A stretch of 64,000 nt of DNA, from the NCBI GenBank assembly GCA_965227775.1, contig OZ245777.1:1344001-1408000 (forward strand), in the 5' to 3' direction. The stretch comes from Phycisphaerales bacterium (GTDB taxonomy: Bacteria; Planctomycetota; Phycisphaerae; Phycisphaerales; UBA1924). The notes below the pieces were generated by a model that made no database searches, was not told the DNA's origin, and was given only the letters and a program-made list of their open reading frames with translations. This document shows positions 24,242 to 34,338 of the stretch, one piece after another. The stretch's first letter is position 1. Each line of letters starts with the position of its first letter. The position numbers were made by a program, and so were the translations under genes.

Positions 24242-25126
24242 GTGATCGTCTACCTGAACGGCAAGTACCTCCCCGCCGCCGACGCCAACGTCAGCGTGTT
24301 CGACCGTGGCTTTTTGTTCGGTGACGGCGTCTACGAGGGCGTCCGCGTTTTCGAGAACACCGTCATCTGCCCCGACCGCCACGTGGCCCGTATGGCCGCC
24401 GGCCTGGCCGAGGGCCGGGTGCACTGGGATCCGCGCGAGCTCCCAAGCATCTGCCTCGAGCTCTGCCGCCAGAACGACCTCGCCGACGCGTTCATGTACG
24501 TCCAGGTCACCCGAGGCACACCCCCGCCTGGCGAGCCCGCCCGCGCCCGCACCATGAAGACCCAAGGCGAGCCCACGGTCTTCGCTTTTGCGACCGCCCA
24601 GCCACCCATCGACCACTACCGCAAGCCGCCGACCACGACGCTGGCCCTGGTGGAAGACCGCCGCTGGAGCCGCGGCCACCTCAAGAGCATCAGCCTCCTG
24701 GGCAACGTGCTGGCCGCCTACGACGCCCAGGCCCAGGGCGCGCACGAGGTCGCGATGCACCGTGACGGCCTGCTTACCGAGGCCTGCGCTTCGAACATCA
24801 TCATCTCGGTCGACGGAAACCTCGCAACCCCTTCGCTCGAGAGCGCGTCGATCCTCGAGGGTGCCACCCGGGCCCGCTGTTTGGCCCTCGACCCGGACAT
24901 CGTCGAGCGGCCGGTGGGTGTGGAGGAGTTGCTCAGGGCCGACGAGGTCATGCTCGTCGGCACCACCAGCATCGTCACGAGCGCTCTGAGCATCGATGGC
25001 AAGCCCGTCGGCGACGGCACGCCCGGTCCGCATGCCCAGCGTTTGCTCAATCTCGTGATGGACGACTGCCGCAACCAGGTCGCCCAAGCCCGGCGAACTA
25101 CCAAAGAAGCCGTCGCGGTCGGCTGA
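24242..25126 (+). CDS. Class IV aminotransferase, probable D-amino-acid transaminase
   Basis: VYLNG, DRGFLFGDGVYE, YVQVTRG, HLKSISLLGNVL (PLP Lys), ILEGATR; TGATG coupling to murD. Confidence 0.88.
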   Translation: MIVYLNGKYLPAADANVSVFDRGFLFGDGVYEGVRVFENTVICPDRHVARMAAGLAEGRVHWDPRELPSICLELCRQNDLADAFMYVQVTRGTPPPGEPARARTMKTQGEPTVFAFATAQPPIDHYRKPPTTTLALVEDRRWSRGHLKSISLLGNVLAAYDAQAQGAHEVAMHRDGLLTEACASNIIISVDGNLATPSLESASILEGATRARCLALDPDIVERPVGVEELLRADEVMLVGTTSIVTSALSIDGKPVGDGTPGPHAQRLLNLVMDDCRNQVAQARRTTKEAVAVG

Positions 25127-26457
25127 TGCCGTCGCTGCCGGGCAAGCGCGTCACCGTCATGGGCCTTGGTCGCTTCGGCGGCGGGCTTGGTGTCGCCAAC
25201 TGGCTGCACGCCCAGGGCGCCCGGGTTCTCGTCACCGATATGGCATCCGCCGAAGCACTCGCGCAACCGTTGACCGAGTTGTCAGCCGGTATCGAGATGC
25301 GCTTGGGTGAACATGCCGAGGCAGATTTCGTGAGTGCCGACCTCGTTGTCGCGAGCCCCGCCGTCTCGAAGCCTTGGAACAACCCGTACCTGAACGCCGC
25401 GAGGGACGCCGGCGTGCCCATCACGACTGAAATCGGCCTAGTGATCGACCGCCTTCCCGACCGCACGCGCGTCATCGGCATCACCGGCACGGCTGGTAAG
25501 AGCACCACGAGCGCCATGGCGGCGCGCGCCCTCGAGGCTGCCGACCAGACCGTGCATCTCGGTGGCAACATCGGCGGCTCGCTCCTCGGCGTCGACGTAT
25601 CGCCCGAAGACCTCGTTGTGCTCGAACTCTCCAGCTTCATGCTCCATTGGCTCGGCCAGTCGGGCTGGTCGCCCGGCACCGCCGTGCTGACCAATCTCTC
25701 ACCCAACCACCTCGATTGGCACGAGACGTTCGAGCGCTACGAATCTGCCAAACGCTCCATCGCCCAGTACCAGCAGGCCGGCGACCTGCTCGTGTGCGAT
25801 CTGTGGCCCGAACTGCAGACCGCCATCCGAGTGCGCACGAGCGTGGACCTGCCGCAGCTGACGATCCCAGGTGCGCACAACCGCGCGAATGCCGGCATGG
25901 CCCTCGCGGCCGCGGCTGCCACCCTCGATCGCCACGACATCGAGTACGAGCACGGACAACTCGCCGATGCCATTGCCAGTTTCCCGGGCCTTCCACACCG
26001 TCTGCAACTCGTCGCAAGCCACGCTGGCGTGTCGTTCTATAACGACAGCAAGTGCACCACGCCCGAGGCCGTCGCGCTCGCCGTCGACGCGATCGCCGAC
26101 CGCACGCCCCGTGAAAAGATCCACCTTATCGCCGGCGGTGCTGACAAGGGCGTGGATCTCACGCCCATCGCCGACCTCGCGCGCACGCTCGCTTCGCTCC
26201 ATACCATCGGGACGACCGGCCCGAGCATCCGAGATCGAGCGGCCGGCGGGAGGGTGGCGCACGATGGCACGCTCGAGCGGGCATTCGAAGCAGCGGTGGG
26301 GTGTTGCGAGCCGGGGCATGCCGTCCTTCTCAGCCCGGGCTGCGCCTCGTGGGACCAATTCGCCAACTACGAGGCGCGCGGCGCGCTCTTTGCTGACCTC
26401 GTGCATCGCTGGATCGGTGCTGGTGCTCAGCGCGTGCAGCCCACCCAAGCCGAGTAG
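25126..26457 (+). CDS. murD: UDP-N-acetylmuramoyl-L-alanine--D-glutamate ligase
   Basis: GLGRFGGG, GITGTAGKSTT, LELSSF, NHLDWH, YNDSKCT, LLSPGCASWDQF. Confidence 0.95.
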   Translation: MPSLPGKRVTVMGLGRFGGGLGVANWLHAQGARVLVTDMASAEALAQPLTELSAGIEMRLGEHAEADFVSADLVVASPAVSKPWNNPYLNAARDAGVPITTEIGLVIDRLPDRTRVIGITGTAGKSTTSAMAARALEAADQTVHLGGNIGGSLLGVDVSPEDLVVLELSSFMLHWLGQSGWSPGTAVLTNLSPNHLDWHETFERYESAKRSIAQYQQAGDLLVCDLWPELQTAIRVRTSVDLPQLTIPGAHNRANAGMALAAAAATLDRHDIEYEHGQLADAIASFPGLPHRLQLVASHAGVSFYNDSKCTTPEAVALAVDAIADRTPREKIHLIAGGADKGVDLTPIADLARTLASLHTIGTTGPSIRDRAAGGRVAHDGTLERAFEAAVGCCEPGHAVLLSPGCASWDQFANYEARGALFADLVHRWIGAGAQRVQPTQAE

Positions 26458-27166
26458 CCCACTGCCGCCCACGCCGGTGTCCGAGCCAGCGCCCGTCCAA
26501 GCCGAGGCTCCACCGCCAACGCCCGGGCCCACCGAGACGATCACCCTCACCGAGGGCCTACGCCTCAATCGCGGCGAACGCTGGATCGAGCTCGACGGCT
26601 TCGTGCCCATCGACGTGCGCGAGCAAGACCGCACGGGCTACACGCTCATCCGCTACCTCGAGTGCATCGCGGTCACGCCCACCAGCGGTAAGGACCACGA
26701 GTCACTCATGGTCACCAGTGAGCAACCAAGCATGATCCACGCCGCCCTGGTCACGATCGGGCTCGAGCCCGGCAAGCCCGGCAGCATCTCATGGGACGGC
26801 ACGCGCGCCGTCATGAACCCGGCGATCGGCGACTCCGTCCGCGTGACCTATCGCGAGAGCGAACAGCCGCCACCCGGCGCGCCGATTACCGACTACATCG
26901 TCCACGCGGATACGGGCGAGTCGTTCGATACTACTGCCCAATGGGTGTTCGCGGGATCCACCTTCGAGCGAGATCGCTACGTGGGCGATGCCGAGGGATT
27001 GGTCGTCGGCTTCCACACCTTCGGAAGCGAGCTCGTCGCGCTCCAGCGGACCATGAGCCCCGATTCGTTCATCGAAGAACCGATGTGGATCGCCCACCCC
27101 GAGCGGACGCCCGAGTTCGGTGATCTTGTCACGATCCGGATCTCAGCCGCGGACGATTCGAACTAG
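26318..27166 (+). CDS. YdjY-like domain lipoprotein
   Basis: Lipobox LSAC; YLECIAV...GKDHESL...HAALVTIGLEPG and WVFAGS motifs. Start uncertain (ATG 26318 or TTG 26390); overlaps the murD 3' end. Confidence 0.7.
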   Translation: MPSFSARAAPRGTNSPTTRRAARSLLTSCIAGSVLVLSACSPPKPSSPLPPTPVSEPAPVQAEAPPPTPGPTETITLTEGLRLNRGERWIELDGFVPIDVREQDRTGYTLIRYLECIAVTPTSGKDHESLMVTSEQPSMIHAALVTIGLEPGKPGSISWDGTRAVMNPAIGDSVRVTYRESEQPPPGAPITDYIVHADTGESFDTTAQWVFAGSTFERDRYVGDAEGLVVGFHTFGSELVALQRTMSPDSFIEEPMWIAHPERTPEFGDLVTIRISAADDSN

Positions 27167-28578
27167 GGCCGCACGCGGATGGTGATCTCGCGGGTCTCGT
27201 CGGAGCCCGGCTCACGCACGAGGATGGTCGTGCGGCGACCCAGCCCAATGCGCGACTCGGCGATGGCGTCCAGGAACTCGCTGTAGGTTTCGACGTTCCT
27301 GCCATCGATCGCAACGATCTGCTGGCCCGGCTCGAACCCCGCCCGCCTTGCGGCAGACTCGTCTCGCGTTTCATCGACGTAGACGCGGCCACGGTTGTCC
27401 AGGCGGATGTCGAGCCCGACGTGCCTGTCAAGCATGAACTCGGTCGGACCACCGATGGCGTTGATCGAATCGAGCTCGTCCAGCACGACCGTGGTCTCGA
27501 TTGGGTCGCCATCCCGCCACACGCGGACCGACAGCTCCTTGCCCGGCCGCATGGTGTTTACGACAGCCCGCAGAATGTCGGGCGTCGGCACGGCCTGCCC
27601 ACCGATGCTCTCGATCACGTCGTTCGCTTGGATGCCCGCGCGCTCCGCCGGTCCGCCGTCGGTCACCTGACCGACGACGACGCCGAAGCCCATGAAGATG
27701 TCGTTGTCGATGATCGGGCGCTGCCCGCCGCGGAACCCACCAAACGCGATGCCCAGGCGACCGCGAGCGACCCGACCAGTCTCGATGAGCTGGTCGGCCA
27801 CCGATTCGATCGTCGAGAGCGGGATGGCAAAACTGATGCCGGCGCTCTGGCCCTCGCGCGGGTTCTCCAGCGAATCGCCCGACGAGCCAGTCGCGATCGC
27901 TACGTTCATGCCGATCACGCGACCGCGCACGTCGATGAGCGGACCACCCGAGTTTCCAGGGTTCACCGCGGCGTCGGTCTGGATGAAGTTGGTAAACGCG
28001 CTTCCCGCTGCGCCCGTGTTGGGGTCTCGCCCAAGCCCGGACACGATGCCCTCGCTCATGGAAAACTTGAAGTTGAACGGTGAGCCGAAGGCGTACACGC
28101 GATCACCCTGTTGGGGCATCTCGCCCGTAGCGCGCGGCAGCGCGACCATACCGGTCGAGTCTTCGGCCTTCAGCACGGCGATGTCGGTGAAGACGTCGAC
28201 ACCCACCACCTCGGCGCTCATCGTGCGGCCCGTGTAGAGCTGCACGCGGACGTAGTCCGATCCGCCGACCACGTGCGCGTTCGTGAGGATGTGCCCCTGG
28301 TCGTCATACACCCAACCCGAGCCCGCGGCTCCGGCACTGAAGCGGCTGGCCGACATCAGGTGCACCACGCCCGGCTCGACCGACTGGGCGATCGCCCGCG
28401 TCGCCCGGTTGATCCGCAGCAGGATGTCGTCCTGCACCAGTTCCTGCCGGGCGAGCGTGACCTGTGCCCGGGCCTGCTGGGCCTCGGTCCGTTGCATGAT
28501 CTCGGGCGCCGCCAGCAACGCCGCGAGCGCCGTCAGCAGTACCACCGCGGCGGGGCCAAGGGTGATGAATCGTCGCAT
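27163..28578 (-). CDS. HtrA/DegP-family trypsin-like serine protease with two PDZ domains
   Basis: LTNAHVV, DIAVL, IQTDAAVNPGNSGGPL; two PDZ-like C-terminal segments. Confidence 0.95.
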   Translation of the reverse strand: MRRFITLGPAAVVLLTALAALLAAPEIMQRTEAQQARAQVTLARQELVQDDILLRINRATRAIAQSVEPGVVHLMSASRFSAGAAGSGWVYDDQGHILTNAHVVGGSDYVRVQLYTGRTMSAEVVGVDVFTDIAVLKAEDSTGMVALPRATGEMPQQGDRVYAFGSPFNFKFSMSEGIVSGLGRDPNTGAAGSAFTNFIQTDAAVNPGNSGGPLIDVRGRVIGMNVAIATGSSGDSLENPREGQSAGISFAIPLSTIESVADQLIETGRVARGRLGIAFGGFRGGQRPIIDNDIFMGFGVVVGQVTDGGPAERAGIQANDVIESIGGQAVPTPDILRAVVNTMRPGKELSVRVWRDGDPIETTVVLDELDSINAIGGPTEFMLDRHVGLDIRLDNRGRVYVDETRDESAARRAGFEPGQQIVAIDGRNVETYSEFLDAIAESRIGLGRRTTILVREPGSDETREITIRVRP

Positions 28579-28674
28579 AGGTTGCCTCCCAACCGTCCGG
28601 GAACACGCCGCCGCGTCGCCGCAGCCCGTGACCCACTCAGATGCCGCCCGAGCCCCTACCCGGCAGCGTGGGCC

Positions 28675-29517
28675 TCAGCCGTCACGCATGCCAAACGTCT
28701 TTCCGCCGAAGTCTCCTTCGGCTACCCGGCGCACCCATTGCATAGCCGCTTCGCGGATCACCGGCCCAAGGTTCGCCACCGGCTGGGCCAACCCCGGAGT
28801 TTTCTCAAGGAGACCCATAACGTCGTGGAGGACAACCACCTGCCCGTGGCAGCTTGTTCCCGCGCCGATGCCGATGACCGGCACCTTCGCTCGAGAGACC
28901 AACTCGTCAGCCACCTCGCTCGGCACCGCCTCGACCAGCAGCATCGCGGCTCCCGCGTCCTGCAGCGCCTCGGCATCTCGCAGCACGCGATCGGCCTCGC
29001 TCTTGGTACGGCCTTGTGCCTTGTAGCCGCTGGTAAGCGCCACGTGCTGCGGCTTGCTGCCAACGTGCGCACACACGGGGATGCCCGCCGACGCCATACG
29101 CTTTACCAGCGGCGCGTAGCTCTCGTCGACCTCGAGCTTGATGATGTCGGCCTTGGCTTCGACCAGGAACCGTCCGGCGTTCTCGAGCGCCGCGTCGGGG
29201 CTTGCCTGGTATGTCATGAATGGCATGTCGCCCATGACGACCGTGCCCGGCGCACCACGCTTGACCGCCGCCGTCAGCGCGAGCAGGACCTCGAATGGCA
29301 TGTCGATGGTCCGCGGCAGTCCGAGAATCACCTCGGCTGCCGTGTCGCCCACCAGAAGCAGGTGCACGCCAGCTTGCTCTAGCAGCCGCGCCGTCGACGC
29401 GTCGTAGCACGTCAGGCACGCAAAGGGCTCACCCTGCCGAGCCATGCGGCCCAGCGTGGCAAGCGTGACGGGCTTTCGCTGCGAAGCGCCTTCGATGATC
29501 GAACCCACCGTGCTCAC
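28675..29517 (-). CDS. panB: 3-methyl-2-oxobutanoate hydroxymethyltransferase
   Basis: LTCYDA, LLVGD, GDMPFMTY, IKLE, IGIGAG...GQVVVLHD. Confidence 0.95.
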   Translation of the reverse strand: MSTVGSIIEGASQRKPVTLATLGRMARQGEPFACLTCYDASTARLLEQAGVHLLLVGDTAAEVILGLPRTIDMPFEVLLALTAAVKRGAPGTVVMGDMPFMTYQASPDAALENAGRFLVEAKADIIKLEVDESYAPLVKRMASAGIPVCAHVGSKPQHVALTSGYKAQGRTKSEADRVLRDAEALQDAGAAMLLVEAVPSEVADELVSRAKVPVIGIGAGTSCHGQVVVLHDVMGLLEKTPGLAQPVANLGPVIREAAMQWVRRVAEGDFGGKTFGMRDG

Positions 29518-29535
29518 GAGTGCATCCTAGGGAGG

Positions 29536-31230
29536 TTATCCTGGGGGCTCACCCATCCAGCCCTGCGCGATGGGCATGCGTCTTCCCGGGCCGAATGCCA
29601 CGGACGTGACCTTCAGGGCCACGCCATACTGCCGGCGCTTGTACTCGTGGATCGCGATCAGCCGGCACATATGCCGCACGGTGCCCTCATCCTGTCCCGT
29701 CCGATGGGTGATCTCCGCGATCCCCAGCCGCTGCTCAACGCGCATCGCGACGATCCGGTCGAGCACCTCGTACGCCGGCAGTGTGTCATCGTCGCGCTGG
29801 TCGGGCGCCAGTTCGGCGCTCGGGGGCTTCTCGATCGTGTTCGGTGGGATCGGCGGCCGGTCGAACCCGAACGCGCCCGGATCGGCGTTCATCGCGCGCG
29901 CAAGCTCGTACACGCGCATTTTCAGGAGGTCGGCCAGCGGCGCGATCGCGCCGTTCATGTCGCCGTAGAGCGTGCAGTACCCGACCGCCAGCTCGGTCTT
30001 GTTCCCGGTCGTCACCACCAGCGCATTGAGTCGGTTGCTGAGCGCCATGATCGACGTGCCACGCAGGCGGCTCTGCAGATTCTGCTCGGTCACGTCTGGT
30101 TGTACCGCGCCGAGGCCTGGCTCACCGAGTTGCTCGAGCACACCGTCCATGGTGCCCCGGAACGCATCCATGGGATCGACGATTGGCAGCGATACGAGCC
30201 GAACGCCGAGGTTCTCTGCGAGCGCCTTCGCATCATCAAACGCGTGATCAGACGAATACGGTCCGGGCATCGCAACGCCAAGCACATTCTCCGCCCCAAG
30301 GGCCCTCACCGAAATCGCGCACGCGACTGCCGAGTCGATCCCGCCGCTCAGCCCGATGAGCACGCGCCCAAAGCCGGTCTTGCGCACATAGTCGCGCACG
30401 CCCACGGCAAGCGCCTCGCCCAATGCAACGTCTCGCCCCGCTTCGATCATTGCGTCGTGACCCTCGGGCCCACGCGCGGACAGATCGACAACCGTCGGCG
30501 ATTCGCCCATGCGCGGCCCCGCGGCGCGAAGCGTGCCGGTGGGGTCGAACACGATCGCGTGGCCATCGAAGATCAGGTCGTCGTTCGCGCCCGCCTGGTT
30601 GACGCCCAGCACCCACACGCCGTGCCGCTTGGCGTGTTCGCCCACGAGCGCGAGGTGACGCTCGTGCTTGCCTTCGACGAATGGGCTCGCCGACGGCGCC
30701 ACGATCACGCTCGCACCCGCTTCCGCGAGCGCCGCCACGTGGTCGGCCTTGTTCTCGTACCTCCAATACTGCCCGGCGTCCTCGCCCATCCACAGATCTT
30801 CGCAGATGGCAAGCCCTATTCGCTCGCCCGCGACTTCGATGACGCTCGCCGCGTCGCCGGCGACGAAGTAGCGGTCTTCATCAAACACGTCGTAGGTGGG
30901 CAGCAGACGCTTCGAGTACGTGGCCACAAGTTCACCATCACGGAGCACCAAGAGCCCGTTGCGTACGCCCTTGCCATCATGGATCGGACAGCCGACTACG
31001 ACGACCGGGCCACCAACGCTGAGCGGCGCCAATCCCAGCGCGCACTCGTAGCAGGCGTCGACAAAGCCGTGCTCGTACAGCAGGTCCCGCGGCGGATACC
31101 CGCACACCGCGAGCTCGGGTAAGACCACAAGATCGACATCGCCCGCCTCGCGAATCGCCCGCTGGATGCGTGTGATGTTGCCGCGCAGATCACCGACTGT
31201 CGGGTTGATGGGTGCCAGAGCGACGCGCAT
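29536..31230 (-). CDS. nadE: Glutamine-dependent NAD+ synthetase
   Basis: N-terminal nitrilase domain (PEL..GYPP, ICEDLW), GLSGGIDSA, TGNKTELAVGYCTLYGD, PPSAELAPDQRD. Confidence 0.96.
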   Translation of the reverse strand: MRVALAPINPTVGDLRGNITRIQRAIREAGDVDLVVLPELAVCGYPPRDLLYEHGFVDACYECALGLAPLSVGGPVVVVGCPIHDGKGVRNGLLVLRDGELVATYSKRLLPTYDVFDEDRYFVAGDAASVIEVAGERIGLAICEDLWMGEDAGQYWRYENKADHVAALAEAGASVIVAPSASPFVEGKHERHLALVGEHAKRHGVWVLGVNQAGANDDLIFDGHAIVFDPTGTLRAAGPRMGESPTVVDLSARGPEGHDAMIEAGRDVALGEALAVGVRDYVRKTGFGRVLIGLSGGIDSAVACAISVRALGAENVLGVAMPGPYSSDHAFDDAKALAENLGVRLVSLPIVDPMDAFRGTMDGVLEQLGEPGLGAVQPDVTEQNLQSRLRGTSIMALSNRLNALVVTTGNKTELAVGYCTLYGDMNGAIAPLADLLKMRVYELARAMNADPGAFGFDRPPIPPNTIEKPPSAELAPDQRDDDTLPAYEVLDRIVAMRVEQRLGIAEITHRTGQDEGTVRHMCRLIAIHEYKRRQYGVALKVTSVAFGPGRRMPIAQGWMGEPPG

Positions 31231-31239
31231 GTGCCGAGG

Positions 31240-32295
31240 CTACGCCCCCCGTGGGGTGCGTGTGCGATCGAGTCGGGCTCTCAGCACCCGGTCGAGCCGC
31301 AGCCACGCGATGGCCAGCCCTGCTCCGGCGATTACCACGACCAGCTCGGCGCCCGCGGTGAGAAGCGCGATGGGCGCGAAACCACGGGCGTCGAGCCCCA
31401 GTAGCTCAGCTGTCCCCATCGCCGCACCCTCGCGGAAGCCCAGCATGCCGACGGGCGAGAGCGCCCCGGCCAGGAAGTGCCCGCCCGAGATGAGAAGGCC
31501 ATCGGTGGGGGAGACGTCCGAGCCGACGAGCTCGCCCGCGACGACCCAACGCCAGGCCTGCGCGCCAAAGTCGACCCCGCGCATCGCCACGACCACCGCG
31601 AACCAGCGCCACGACGCGAGCATGTCCAGACCCATGTGCAGCTCGCGGATGACCTGCGAGCGTGCGAGCTTCAGGGCTCGCTTGCCGCCGATCCGGCCGA
31701 TCAGCCTCGTCAGCCGGCGGTGCCCGCGCTTGCCGCTCAGCCGCTCGGCGATCAAGACTGTCGCGGCCGACAGCACGATCATGAAGGCGATGGCGGCAGG
31801 CACGGTCCACGCGACCAACCAGTTCCGTAGCAGCCCCGCCACCATAAGCGACGCGCTGACGAGCACCAGCGTCGTCGTGACGGCCCCGAACCAACCGAAG
31901 ATCATCGCCATCGGCACCTTGTCGCGCCGATTATGGATCGCGATGCGAGCCAGTAAGCCGATCTTGAACGGCAAGTTCGCAAGGAATGTGGCGAGCGCGT
32001 TGGTCGCGATGACGTCCAGCGGCGCAAGCCTGCGCACGGGCCGGAGCGCCGCCCAGAAGATCAGGCCGTTGGCGACGACGCCCGCCACGCTGAGGCCGAG
32101 CAGCGAGGCGAGCGCTCCGGGCGGCGCATCGGCGAGCTGCTTGAGAGACTCGCGGTTCTCCTCGCTCAGCGCCAGCCTCACGCACCAGCCGAGCAGCCCG
32201 ATGCCGATGAGAAAGCCCACGACCTGCAACGCGAGCCTCGCTCCCGATCGTGGGGAGGGTGCGGCTTCTTGCGGTGTTGGTGCGTCGTCATCCAT
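31240..32295 (-). CDS. Membrane protein, lysylphosphatidylglycerol synthase TM/flippase-like family
   Basis: Multiple TM segments; ANLPFKIG and SPVGMLGFREG motifs. Confidence 0.7.
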   Translation of the reverse strand: MDDDAPTPQEAAPSPRSGARLALQVVGFLIGIGLLGWCVRLALSEENRESLKQLADAPPGALASLLGLSVAGVVANGLIFWAALRPVRRLAPLDVIATNALATFLANLPFKIGLLARIAIHNRRDKVPMAMIFGWFGAVTTTLVLVSASLMVAGLLRNWLVAWTVPAAIAFMIVLSAATVLIAERLSGKRGHRRLTRLIGRIGGKRALKLARSQVIRELHMGLDMLASWRWFAVVVAMRGVDFGAQAWRWVVAGELVGSDVSPTDGLLISGGHFLAGALSPVGMLGFREGAAMGTAELLGLDARGFAPIALLTAGAELVVVIAGAGLAIAWLRLDRVLRARLDRTRTPRGA

Positions 32296-32307
32296 GCGCG
32301 GCGGGGG

Positions 32308-34338
32308 CTATTGCTGGCCCAGGTCGATCAGGATACGCCCGAGCGGACCGGGGCCGGGCCAATAGCCCGCCGGGGCTCCCTGCGATGCAAGCTCTCCGAT
32401 GGCTCGCGGCGTGAGCGCCGGATCGAGCCAGCCCGAGTCGCGCAGCCTGCTCAGCTCCATCTCGTCGATCACCAGCCAGCGAACGCCTGCCTCCTTCAGC
32501 GTCCGGGCCTGCGACGCCGGATCGTCGGGGTGGGCTTGCACGACCTGGACGAGCAATCCCGCGTCCCAGGTCGTTGCATACTCCACACCACGCACGAAAT
32601 ACAGAGGCGCACCGTCGCCCACCAGCAACACGCGGCCAGTCCCCTCGGGCAGCCGGAAGTTCACGTAGCCGTGCGGCGAAGCGTCGGGCTCGATCTCGCC
32701 CGTAAACCACGCCGGCCCTGGTGCGATGAACACGCCCGGCTGGCCTCGGCCCTCCTTCGAGTACGACCACGCCAGCCAGCCCGCCTGCGCGACGGCCATC
32801 ACGATTGCGATCCACATGCCGACCCTGGCGAATCGCGCGAGCACGACCGCAAGCAGCGGACCACCCGCCAGCACGATCGGCACCAGGAATCGGCTCTGGA
32901 TGTGCGTCAGCACCAGCCAGGCCAGCAGCTGCACACCCAGTCCGATGGCGAGTGCGACGACCACCCGATGCCGGCGCGCGAGGGGCGCGACTATCCCGGC
33001 GAGCACGCAAGCTACGCCCACCAAGCCCCAGTGGGGATGCAACAGCCCGCGCATTGACGAACCGCTCGGGAACGGCCCGTTCGGATCGGGCAGGAACATC
33101 AGTTTCACCCGATCGAGTGCGGAGCCGTCGAACATGTGCCCGCTCGCCCAGCGTGCGTGCTGCTCGGTGGTCCAGTGGCCCTGGCCCAACGTGCCGGCAA
33201 GCTGTGGGAACACGGGGTTGCCCGTCGCGAGCCCGTTGCGAACCAGCCACGGCAGCAGCGTCGCGACACCAACGAGCACGCCAACCGCGCCACACTTCCA
33301 CCACACTCGAGCGGGCGTGGTCGCGATCAGCACCGCGCCGACGACGGGTCCCACCATGAACAGCGCCGTCGGCTTGGCACCGCAGGCCGATCCAACGAGG
33401 AATGCGGCGAGCGCCCACCGGTTGATGTTGGAGCCCGTCGCGAGCGCTGCCAGCAGCGCACCCGCCCCCAATACGAGCACTGCGGGCTCGTTGTACGCCA
33501 GGCTGCCCGTCACCACCATCCACGGCGTCGCGAGCACGAGCGCCCCGATGGCCGTGGCAACGCTTGTCCGTGGCTTGGCGCCTTCGGGAATGACCAGCCA
33601 GCAGACGCGCGCGATGAGCGCGACCGCGACCAGCAGCACCAGCGCGCTCAGGCTCTGAAACGACATCAGCCCCAGCCCCGAGCCCGCCGCCGGGTGCTCG
33701 CCCGCGATCGCCGACAGGTGATAGAACGCTGCCTCCATGTACCCCGGCAGAAACGAGTACACGTTGTGCTCGACCGGCCACAACTGCCCGCTTGCCAGCC
33801 ATTCCGCCGGCAGCTGGGCGTGGTAGCTTCTCGTGTCGTAGCCCAACCCCTCGCTCGCCCACAGCCATCCCGGCGGGCTGCAGGCCGCGACCGCGAGCAC
33901 CGCGACGCCGGGGATCAAGGCCAGCGACGAAGGGTGCACGCTTGCGGCACCCTCGCCCCGACCCCTCATGAATTCGACCGCCAACAACAGCAAGCCCAGC
34001 ACCACCGGCGCGCCGGCGATGATCCGACGCCCGCCGGCTCCACACCACTCAAACACCCCGAGCACGCCCAGCGCATGGCTGAGGCCCAGCATGATGCCAA
34101 GCCCGACGGCGGGCGCGAGCCACGCCGCCGCCGTCCGGTCGTCCATCCATCGCAGCGCCAGGGCGCCCAAGCCCCATGCTCCGGCCACGTACGCCCCGGC
34201 CAGCACGCCCGACGTCGCCCACACGCTGGCGACGGCCACCAGCGTCGCCGGCCACGAGACAACGCCCACGGCCGCGATCCCCGCAACGCCAACAAAGAGC
34301 GCCACGACAAGCAGACCGGCCAGCTTCTTCGAGCTCAC
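32308..34338 (-). CDS. Polytopic membrane protein, probable GT-C-type glycosyltransferase
   Basis: Many TM helices; YDTRSYH, ACGAKPT and RNGLATGNPVFP motifs. GTGA coupling with the upstream gene. Confidence 0.7.
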   Translation of the reverse strand: MSSKKLAGLLVVALFVGVAGIAAVGVVSWPATLVAVASVWATSGVLAGAYVAGAWGLGALALRWMDDRTAAAWLAPAVGLGIMLGLSHALGVLGVFEWCGAGGRRIIAGAPVVLGLLLLAVEFMRGRGEGAASVHPSSLALIPGVAVLAVAACSPPGWLWASEGLGYDTRSYHAQLPAEWLASGQLWPVEHNVYSFLPGYMEAAFYHLSAIAGEHPAAGSGLGLMSFQSLSALVLLVAVALIARVCWLVIPEGAKPRTSVATAIGALVLATPWMVVTGSLAYNEPAVLVLGAGALLAALATGSNINRWALAAFLVGSACGAKPTALFMVGPVVGAVLIATTPARVWWKCGAVGVLVGVATLLPWLVRNGLATGNPVFPQLAGTLGQGHWTTEQHARWASGHMFDGSALDRVKLMFLPDPNGPFPSGSSMRGLLHPHWGLVGVACVLAGIVAPLARRHRVVVALAIGLGVQLLAWLVLTHIQSRFLVPIVLAGGPLLAVVLARFARVGMWIAIVMAVAQAGWLAWSYSKEGRGQPGVFIAPGPAWFTGEIEPDASPHGYVNFRLPEGTGRVLLVGDGAPLYFVRGVEYATTWDAGLLVQVVQAHPDDPASQARTLKEAGVRWLVIDEMELSRLRDSGWLDPALTPRAIGELASQGAPAGYWPGPGPLGRILIDLGQQ

